From: Chiloscyllium plagiosum
Taxonomy: Eukaryota
Assembly: GCF_004010195.1 (NCBI RefSeq)
Contig: NC_057751.1
Span: forward strand, 10,119,457 to 10,160,763
Length of the DNA: 41,307 nucleotides
Reading direction: 5' to 3'
Of this stretch, positions 15,001 to 25,800 are shown piece by piece. The notes beneath the pieces are model-generated. The model was not told where the DNA came from. It did no database searches and saw only the letters and a program-made list of their open reading frames with translations. Each line of letters opens with the position of its first letter. Position 1 is the stretch's first letter. The position numbers and the translations under genes were made by a program.

Positions 15001-16814
15001 AACGTTTATGTGTTTCAAGACATCCAGCACTTACTCCTCTGTGATATGAACATTTTTCAAGAAGTTACTCTCTATTTCCCTACATTCTATTTCTTCCATG
15101 TCCTTTTCTACAGTAAACACTAATGCAAAATACCTGTTTAGTATCTCTCCAATCTCCTGTGGCTCCACAAAAATGCCACCTTGCTGATCTTTGAGGGGCC
15201 TCATTCTTTCCCTAGTTAGCCTTTTGTCCTTAATGTATTCTCCTTAACTCTGTTTGCCAATGCTATCTCATGTCCCCTTTTTGCCCTCCAGATTTTCCTC
15301 TTAAGTATACTCCTACTGCCTTTATACTCTTCTAAGGATTCATTCGATCTATCTTATCTATTTCTGACATATGCTTCCTTTTCTTTATTAACCAAAACCT
15401 CAATTTCTTTCGTCATCCAGCATTCCCTACACATACCAGCCTTTCCTTTCACCCTAACAGGAATATACTGTCTCTGGAGTTAGATCGATTTTTTTGTCTC
15501 TCAATCAAAGCAATGAAGGGATTTAGCTCTTGAGAGGGTAAGAAGAGTGAGGCCCTGGTTGGTCATGATCATATTAAGTGTTGTGCCTGCTTGAGGGTTG
15601 TATGTTCTACTCCTGCTTTTTCTTATGTTTTTTGTTGCCTTGCTTTGACATATCGGAGGGGAAAGTTCAAAGTGTTAATTGAATGAGCAAAGCTCTGTAC
15701 TCTTTTTCTACTCATTGGTCTCAGAATTTCTTTTTGAGGAATGGAAAGTAAGGATTCCTCTTCATAGCAGGCTGTTTTAATGACGTTTAACATTCTGATT
15801 CCTCAATTGCTAACACAGCCAAAGTAAAATACCAGAGCAACATATCAAGCAGACTTGGAAACACACCTTGGCATGCTCAGCAGGATTCCCCACTTAAAAT
15901 GACATCACCTCAGAAGAATGTCCTAGAACAGCTGGCATCAAGCCCCAATACCCTGGCTACATATTGCAGGAACCTGCCAAACTTCACCATCAGAAGTATG
16001 GCCTACGAAATGCTTGAGTAGGTTACACAGGTTACTTTGTCATTTTGATGAAGTGTTTCATAGTTAACTGAACATGGTACAATCACAGTTGCTGTGTATA
16101 GATTTGAAAACTTTGGTTAATGTAAACTGAGTGGAGAGTCTGAAATTTTCTTTTGTTTGGGTAAAAGATCATCTGAAAATTAATATGGAGGTGCCAGTGT
16201 TGAATTGGGGTGGACAAAGTTAAAAGTCACACAACACCAGGTTAAAGTTTAACAGGTTTATTTGGAAGCACTAGCTTTCAGAGTGCTGCTCCTTCATCAG
16301 GTCGCTGTGGAGCAGGATCATAAGACACAGAATTTATAGCAAAAGATTACAGTGTTGTGTAACGTAGACGATGTATTGAACAAACCTAGATTGCTGTTAA
16401 GTCTTTAATCTTTTAGAATGGGTTGAAGGTTTCAGTTCATTAATATGTAAATCTCAGAAGTTCTTTGAAGTCACATTCTCGATAACTTAAGGTTTTTCTT
16501 AAAAAAGGTGACATCTCAGCTCAGACAATGCATTAAAAGTGTGAGTCTGTCTGTATCCCAATCTTGAGTCGGCCTGGTTCTATTTCCAAAATAGGACTTT
16601 ATAAAATATTACATAGATTGACTGCCTGCAGGTCGTGTGCTTTTTGAGGAAAATAAAATGTATCTGTAAATACAATTCTGCAAATGCAAATTCACTCCAT
16701 AGATTTATGTGTGCATGTGCATGCATGAGAGAGAGAGAGTATGTGCATGTGAGAGAGTGTGTGTTTGCGTGTGTGCATGCTTGGAAAAGTGCGTGAGTGA
16801 GTGTGCTGGAGTGT

Positions 16815-16849
<35 letters not shown>

Positions 16850-19800
16850 GGGTGGTGTGATGTATATGTGTGTTTGAGAGAGAGCATGTGTATGAGAGAG
16901 GGTCCGCGTGAGTGTGTGGGGTCACCTGTGGTGTGACATGAACCCAAGGTCCCGATTGAGGCCATCCTCATGTGTACCAAACTTGCCTATCAGCCTCTGC
17001 TTGGCTACTTTGCTTTATTGCGTATCCCGAAGTCCATATACCATGTCGCAGGGCATACTCCTGCCAATGTACCATGTCTCGGAGCATCCTGAGGAATGGT
17101 ACATTGGCAAGACCAAGCAGCTGCTATAACAACGGATAAATGGACACTGCGCAACAATTGCCAGACAAGGATGTTTCCTCCCAGTCGGGGAACACTTCAG
17201 CGGTCAGGGACATTCGGCCTCGGATCTTCGGGTGACCATTCTCCAAGGCAGACTTCGGGATACACAACAATGCAGAGTGGCCGAGCAGAGGCTGATACCC
17301 GTGAGGATGGCCTCAACTGGATCCTTGGGTTTATGTCACACTACAGATGACCCCACTACACGATAGTCTCTCTCTCTCTCTCTTTCAAACACACACACAC
17401 GCATCCTTTTTCACAGGCTTACACTCTGTAACACTCATGCACACACTCTGCCAAGCATGCACTCACGCAAACACACACTCACACTCACACTCATGCACAC
17501 AATCACATTCCCTCTCTCTCTGTCTCATTTATGCACACACACATGCAAGGGTGAATTTGCATTTGCAGAATTGTATTTACAGACACATTCTATTTTGCTC
17601 AAAAAGCAGACAATCTGCAGGCAGTCAATCATGTAATATTTTATAAATTTCCAATTTGGAAACAAAACCAGTCTGAATCAAGATTGGGATAAAGACAGAC
17701 TCACACCTTTAATGCATTGTCTGAGCTAAGATGAAAGACTGAACAGAAATCTAGGTTTGTTCAATATATCGTTTCAGTTACACGATACTGTAATTTTTTG
17801 CTATAAATTCTGTATCTTATGATCCTGCTCCACAGCTACTTGATGAAGGAACAATACTCCGAAAGCTAGTGCTTCCAAACAAACCTGTTAGATTACAATC
17901 TGATGTTGTGTGATTTTTAACTGAAAATTAATGGCAGTTTTTGTACTGAAATGCATTGTTCTTTTCCAGGTCCAAATGACTTTACTGGAAGCACCCCACT
18001 CATCTCCTTTAATGAAGCACTTCAGCATTTTCAAACTGCTGATCTTTGTGAGTACAGGGTAAGCACAATGTCAGACCATAAAAGCAAGAGCAGAATGCTC
18101 AGCTTTTAATTTTGATGGGAGAAAGTGAGGACTGCAGATATTGGAGATCAGAGTCAAAAGTGTGGTGCTGGAAAAATGCAGCCAGTCAGGCAGCATTCGA
18201 GGGGCCGGACAGTCAACATTTTGAGCAGAAGCTCTTCAGCAGGGATGTGGTGGGGGGAGCCCAAGGGGGCTGAGAGATAAATGGGAGGGCACTGGGGCTT
18301 GGGGATGAAGGTAGCTGGGAATGCAATAGATAGATCAAGGATGGGGTTGGTGATAACAGGTTGGAGTGGAGGGTGGAGCGGACAGATAGGAAGACAAATG
18401 GACAGGTAGGACTGCTCAAGAGGGCGGTACCGGGTTGGAGGGTTGGTTCTGGGATTAGGTGGGGGAAGGGGAGATCAGGCAACTGGTAAAATTGACATTG
18501 ATCCTCTGTGGTTGGAGAGTCCCAAGGTGGGAAATGAAGTGTTCTTCCTTCAAGCGTTGGGTGGCTGGAATTTGGCGGTGGAGGAGGCCGAGGTCTTGCA
18601 TGTCCTTGGCAGAGTAAGAGGGGCAGTTGAAGTGTTCAGCCACAGGGCGATGGGGTTGATTGGTGCGTGTGTCCTGGAGACGTTCTCTGAAATGTTCTGC
18701 AAGTTGGCATCCTGTCTCCCCAATGTCGAGGAGATCACTTAATGAGCAATGGACACTGTAGATGAGGTGTTTGGAGGTGCAGGAAAATTTCTGCCGGATG
18801 TGGAAGGATCCTTTGGGGCCGTTGATGGAGGTGAGGGGAAGGTGTGGGTGCAGAATTTACACCTCTTGAGGCAGCAAGAGAACGTGCTGCAGTGGAGGGT
18901 GGATTGGTGGGGGTTCGGGACCTAATGAGGAAGTCACTGAGGGAATGGTCTCTGTGGAATGCTGAACGGGAAGGGGAGATATATCTCTGGTAGTGGGGTC
19001 TGATGGTAGGTGGCGGAAATTGCGGAGGATGATGCGTTGTATCCGGAGCTGGGTGGGATGGAAGGTGAGGACTGGGGGTTCCTCGGCCTCTGGTGCCTGA
19101 TCTTCACCATGGACAACCAGTCCCTTTACGTGTCCATTCATCATGACGAAGATCTCCAAGCCCTCTGTTTCTTCCTCTCCCGCCGACCCAACCAATATCC
19201 TTCCACCAACACACTCATTCAATTGGCTGAACTGGTCCTCACACTTAACAATTTCTCCATCGAATCCTTCGACCTACTTCAAACGAAAGGGGTAGCCATG
19301 GGCACCCACATGGGCCCCAGCTATGCCTGCCTCTTCATTATGTTTATGAAACAGTCCACCTTCCGCAGCTATACCGGCACCATTCCCCACCCTTTCCTCC
19401 GCGACATCGATGACTTTATTGGCGCCACCTCCTGCTCCCACAAGGAGTTCATCAACTTCATGAACGCCTTCCACCCTGACCTCAAGTACACCTGGACCAT
19501 CTTGGACACCTCCCTCCTTTTCCTGGACCTCTCCATCTCCGTTTCCAGCGATCAACTCAACACGGACATCTGCTTCAAACCTACTGACTCCCACAGTGAC
19601 CTGAACTACACCTCCTCCCACACTGCCTCCTGTAAACACGTTATCCCTTACTCCCAATTCCTCCGCCATTGCTCCCAGGAGGACCACTTGCACTCCAGAA
19701 CATCCCTGATGGCCTCCTACTTCAAGGACTGCAATTTCCTCTCCCACGTGGTCAACAATGCCCTCCAGCGCATCACCTCCACTTCCCACACATCCGCCCT

Positions 19801-22800
19801 GGAACTCCATCCCTCCAATCGCAACAAGGACAGAAACCCCCCTAGTCCTCACCTTACACCCCACCAATCTCGGGATACAGTGCATCATCCTCCGCCATTT
19901 CCACCACTTACTGTCAAACTCCACCACCAGAGATATATTTCCCTCCCCACCCATTTCAGCATTCTGGAGAGACCAGTCACTCCACCTCTTCCTCATTAGG
20001 TCCACGCACACCAACAACCACCCTCCACTGCCGGCACCTTTCCTTGGCACCGCAAGAGGTGTAAAATCTGCAACCGTACCAGCCCCCTCGCCTCCATCCA
20101 GTGCCCGAAGGGATCCAGCAGAGATTATCCTGCACCTCCAAACACCTCATCTACTGTGTCAATTGCTCTGGGTGTGGTCTCCTTTACACTAGGGAGACAG
20201 GACACCAACATGCAGAATGTTTCAGAGAACATCTCTGGGACACACACAGCAATCAACCCCATCACGCTATGGCCGAAAACTTCATCTGTCCTTCACACTC
20301 CGCCAAGGGCATGCAAATCCTGGGCCTCCTCCACCGCCAAATTCTAGCCACTCCGATGCTTGGAGGAAGAACACCTCATCTTCCACCTTGGGACTCTCCA
20401 ACCACACAGGACCAATGTCGATTTCACCAGTTTCCTGATCTCCCCACCTTATTCCCAAATCCAACCGCCCTATTGAACTGTCCTACCTGTCAACCTTCCT
20501 TTCCACCTATCTGCTCCATTCTCCTCTCCTACCAATCATCTTCACCCCCACCTTCATCTAACTATTGCATTCCCAGCTATCTTCACCCCCATGGCTAATA
20601 AAGAGCTAATGCTCGAAATGTTGACTCTCCTGCTGCTCCTCGGATGCTGCCTGACCAGCTGCGCCTTTGCAGCACCAGCACGACTCTTTTTGACTTTTAA
20701 TTTTGATGATTTGTTTCAGAAAATTACTTTTTGAAATGCCACTTCTTCATTTTCCCTCTAAACCAATGTTTGGCAAAAGGTTTGGTTTCATGTGATATCT
20801 TCTCAGACTGATTCCTCAGAGATTTTATTCCTTTTTGGAAGAATCTTGAAAAATCTGACAGATTCAGAGATCTTTTCAGGATACGGTTCACCTGTTAGGG
20901 AGTCCAGGTGTTCGGAGAGAGTGTTTGAGACTTGAGCTGTGTGAAAGCGCAAGGTCAGATGTGATAAATGTTTCATGGCAGCAGCATGTATGATGTAAAG
21001 GGCAGGGTATTCCAAACATAACAGGATCTGCAAGCTTGCTGAACACTATTCCAGATCTGATAGGGTCTAGTAATTTTAGAACATGGAACATGGAAAAGTA
21101 CAGCACCGAACAGGCCCTTCAGCCCACGATGTTGTGCCGACCATTGATCCTCATGTAAGGTCAACCTAATGTCTGTGACCATATGCATGTCCAGCAGTTT
21201 CTTAAATATCCCCAATGACCTTGCTTCCACAACTGCTGCTGGCAACTCATTTCATGCTCCCACAACTCTGCGTAAAGAACCCACCTCTGACACCCCCTCT
21301 ATACTTTCTGCCAAACAGCTTAAAACTATGAGCCCTCGTGTTAACAATTTCTGCCCGGGAAAAAGTCTCTGGCTATCAACTCTATCTATGCCTCTCGTTA
21401 TCTTGTGCACCTCAAATTTCTTTCCATTTACAGAAGAACATCCAGCCTACTATGCGGAGGACAGGACTTTCTGCCATCACTCATTTTCTCTTTGGCCCTC
21501 CACGATTGCACAAGGAGTTGCAGGAGGAGCGGGACTTGGTCTTTGCGATTGGCCAGTGTGAGTGTGTCAAGCAGTGTATTGAATCTGAACTAAGACTGAA
21601 TCTTGCGCTGGTGCACTGTATATTGAGATGATACAGCATGCTTTGCACATTAGTCACGGCCTGACATTCAGCATGGTACTCCTTATCATGTGTGGGTCGT
21701 GGAAGTTACTTGTCAGGATCAGTCAATGCTCATTGAAGACTTCTCTCTCCTGTATGCCATGAGGTTCTGTGTACAATGCCCAATCCAAAACGTAGTCAGA
21801 AAACTCACTGCTGACCCTCCAACTCAACACTGCGGGAATACTACATTGATGGAGGGTGGTCTTTAGCATGATATTCAGCCCTGCCTGTGTAGGCATAAAA
21901 GATCACATCACATTACCTTGAATGGCAGGAGAGTTATCACTGGTGTCATAGAAAACACTTATCCCTCAGTGAACATCATAAAAACAAATTGGCTATCACA
22001 TTTGTGATATGACAACAGTGATCACACTTCAAAAAGTACTTAAATGATTGTAAGGTGCATTGTGATGTCCAGTAATCTTGAAACATACTACTTAAATGCA
22101 AGTGTTCATTTCTTAGAATGAAGCTTGAGCTGTATGGTTATGTGCAATATGAATATGTTGTCGAACATTTTAATGATCTAGCTGTATAGGTATCCAACAC
22201 ACGCTAAGCAGATATCACTGGGTTTTCAGGTTGAATTGACAAGATGATTGATAAGACTAGATATTTTAAGAATCTCAGACTCGAGTGAAATGAAAGCAAA
22301 GATGGAGCTTGAAAAAACACTGGTGAATATAATCACAGATAATCCAAATGTATTTTATATGTTTTTAGGGGCAAGGTGATAACTAGGGATTAAATTGCAA
22401 AAGATATTGATGTGTTTCTTGGCACAGGCTCCTTGGACAATGATCAGGAAGTTCATATTCGGGTTTTGCAGACAATTTACAAGAAACTAACTGGGTCAAA
22501 GTTCGACTGTGCACGCTATGGATCACATTGGGAACTATTAGGGTTTCAAGGTAAGGATAAGGAAATTTTCTGATTGAATCTTTGTGTTATGGTAATGCCA
22601 TGGCATTTCAGGCTGGGGCTCAACAGGGATTTGCTAATGGCGGGACAGTTGTTATTCCAGTATTGATGAAGGTTGCATGTGAGCATCCTGTGGAATCCCT
22701 GTCGTTATAGACTCTTCAGGAATTACTTTGGAAATTGAAGATTCTGTTGGGTAATCTCCCAACACCTGGACCCAAGTGAAAGCCTTCATTCAAATTAGAG

Positions 22801-25800
22801 AATCTAGAGGATTGTGATGAACTTAAGTAAATTGTTACTTTGGGAAAATGAACTGATCAAACTCCTAAGTAACTGTTCAACTGATTCCCAACTTAATTCA
22901 CACCCCAGCTATCTCTTCTGACCTGTTACCCCCCTCTGCCCCTGTGCGAGCTGACACTGTCTTCCCTACTCTGAACCAGGTGTTTCCTTCCTGAATCTGG
23001 ACCTGACATCTCTTTACCCCCAGCTCTTGACCTGACCTACAGGAGCTGCCTCCATTCCCTCCTGCACTCTGGTCCCAAGGCCCCTTCACCCTGGAGGTTG
23101 ACACACCTCCCACACTCTTTGGGCCTCCAATCCCTTTTTCTGGACTTGCTATCCCTTTCCTCACTGCTGGGCTCTCACTCCATGTAGAACCACCTCTCCT
23201 GTAACTGCTGTGGACTTAATAATTCTCGGTCTTCCCAGCTCCTGGCCCTCCACACCCTTTCTACATGACAAGAGAAGTGTTAGAATGGAATTATGGCTCT
23301 GCATTTCTGCTGGGTTCCTGATCGGAATCTGACAGGACATGTAATAAGAATTCATTTCAAAAACGTGTTTATAATGAGCTTGAACTGTGAAGCAACAAGC
23401 ATGTTGGAACCAGTAACAAGAAGTATAATATGTAACAGTTGTCTGACAGTGTAAAACTGAAATTTGATGTGTTAAACTGTTTCATGTGAAGGTGTGTTTG
23501 CCACATCCATAAAACTGTTGTCATCTCTTCACATTATGTCTGATAAATATGAAAACTAAAGGACGTATTGACATAAGAAGTTGTGAACTGGAAGAGCAAA
23601 CTAGGAAACAAGTTTGACTTCTGTTTCTGCATGTGAATTCTTTATTTTTACTAGGTGCAGATCCAGGGACTGACCTACGTGGGACAGGATTCCTTGGTCT
23701 GATGCACACCTTGTACATGGTGATGGATTTGCAGACTTTACCTTTGGCTCGTGATATTTACAAATTGTCACAGCATCCAATACAAGTTAGTCAAATCTAC
23801 CAGTTTTAATTTGGTTGAAAATTTATCAGAAAGAGTCTGTTTTGGATAAGGCCACATAAATCTGTTCATTAATATTGAATTCTACTGAGTACACAGATTA
23901 AGTTTATTAAAATTGCAGTATTAAAATTGCAGGTGCATTGGAGTTTTGAAATGGTGTCCGAGGCTTTTTTTCCTTCTGAGAGGAAGCCTAATTGTAGAAC
24001 ATAAGTATCTATGATTTATTTCACATGTTAATGGACTGTTTCAGTATTTTTAAATGACACATCATTTTAAGGTTCTGAGAGTGTAACATGAATTCTGCTG
24101 TTTGCTTTCACTTTGACCATATTTTCTTTGTTGCAGAATTTCCCTTTCTGTCTAATGTCCATTAACATCACCAGAATCACAATCCAAGCTTTGAGGGAAG
24201 AATGTTTATCCAAGTAGGTGACGTAGAATAATCCCAGTTTGTTACTATCAAATGAGAGGGCAATTAGAAATTAAACATTGAAACAAGAAAATTGTTGGAA
24301 GTGATACATCTCTTCTTTTTACTTCCAAAAAATACCAGTGCCACTAAACAGTTCTCACCCTTGTGGCTGACAATTGTGTCGTCATCTGTCTTCGTGAAAT
24401 TGCATTTTACAAAGTCTTCGATTGACTATTTATTCATATGGGGACAATGAATTGTGCTTGAAGAATTAAGAAAACTACAGTGAAAATATTTCATCTACTC
24501 TCTGCATTCAGTCCACCCGTTAGTAATGTGGTTCAGCAGACAACACACAGAAATGCAGTGGGGCAGTTGTCTCTGACCCATGAACATTAACAGGTGACAG
24601 AATATTTGGCTGCTGAAGTGGTCCCTGGCAGAGCTGGTGAGCCAGAAAACCAGGAGGTTTTTCTTTGTGCTTTCACGTGTTTTAACTGGTCAGTCTTGCA
24701 GATATTTCCTCACCAACCTGTTCAGAGATAGTATAACACACATCTGGAGCAGCTGGGACTTGAACTCACACCTAATGGCTGAAAGGTAGAGACACCACCA
24801 CTACATCACAAAAGCACTTGATCATTCTTGCAGCTCCCTCTGCCCACCAGTCTTATCTGTTCTCCCTTCATATCTAGATGAAAGTGAGAACTGCAGGCGC
24901 TGGAAATTAGAGTCAAGTGTGTGGTTCTGGGAAAGCGCAACAGGTCAGGCAGCATCCAAAGAGCAGGAAAATCAACATTTCGGGCAGGGCTTTTGCCTGA
25001 AACGTCGATTTTCCTGCTCCCCATTTATATCTGCTCAGTCAGTGATTGAATAATTAACTCCATCCCCTTGCTTAACTACTTGCTATGTTAACAATGGGAA
25101 CCAAGTTGTGATGGGAGAAAACGAAATATTTGGAACTATTACCTTTAAAGACCATTATTGTGATTCTTTTAAATTCTGGCTGAGTTTTAAGAGCTGTGTG
25201 TTTTGTGACAGAGAATGTAACCGAAGGCAGCAGGTGATTGGAGTCCTTAATGATTTCTATGTGGCTGCATTCCTGCATCTTTATCAGATATGGAAGACAC
25301 AGCACAAAACCATCTCTGATTCAGGATTGGTTCTTAAAGGTGAGAAATTAAGTGCAAGATGTGCTTCTCTGAAATTCTTTTGACTTGTATTCAATAATGC
25401 GTTGTTAGTGGGTTGAGGGACTCCTTGGACTTATTCATAAGGTTGCCTGTTGAATGCCTAAAATATTGAAAGAAACACTTGAAAATCTGCACCTAAATGT
25501 TTGATGAATTCAGAATGGGTCTCATAGCTGGTGGTCTAAATGACATTAAAAGCACAAAATGTAAAACAGATTTGTGAAAGCCTGCAATAGAGAGATAAGG
25601 CTTCATACAAATTAGAAAAACATTGTTACCTAGTTTGCTCAGACAGTTGGCACTCAGATAGTCCCAGTCAAAATACAATGAGACTTTCTTTTTGTTCATG
25701 GGATGGGGGTGCTGCCGACTGGGCCAGCATTTATGACTATCCTTTTCTGCTGTTTCAACTGGGTGGCTTGTGAGGACCATTTCACATAGCAGTGCACTGT

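Larger units (their letters stand above)
16185..17920. mobile_element. Penelope-like element, fold-back arrangement (inverted 3' ends around a GIY-YIG endonuclease fragment)
   Basis: Arms at about 16215-17030 and 17220-17920 are reverse complements. GIY-YIG remnant EWYIGKTKQ...PVGEHFS...EDGLN at about 17090-17350. Hammerhead-like motifs in both arms. 12-bp TSD CTGAAAATTAAT (16173-16184, 17921-17932). Confidence 0.88.

Noticed and set aside
16692..17646. His/Thr-rich ORFs
   Set aside because: Translations of CA/TG microsatellite-like PLE arm sequence.
19010..19999. 329-aa RT ORF as an intact or domesticated gene
   Set aside because: It starts in the inverted arm and crosses the inversion junction, catalytic motifs are eroded (DNQSLY, RDIDD), and it is frameshifted before the GIY-YIG; a decayed PLE.
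19274..20050. 258-aa minus-strand ORF
   Set aside because: Antisense shadow of the C-rich PLE RT, with G/V/E-biased composition and no recognisable domain.
20880..20953. Possible 74-nt cryptic exon (ttttcag|...AAG|gtcaga)
   Set aside because: Would frameshift, short pyrimidine tract, no homology; indistinguishable from a chance pseudo-exon.
22895..23260. C/T-rich tract with a minus-strand ORF
   Set aside because: Low complexity, probably a decayed retroelement; cannot be assigned.
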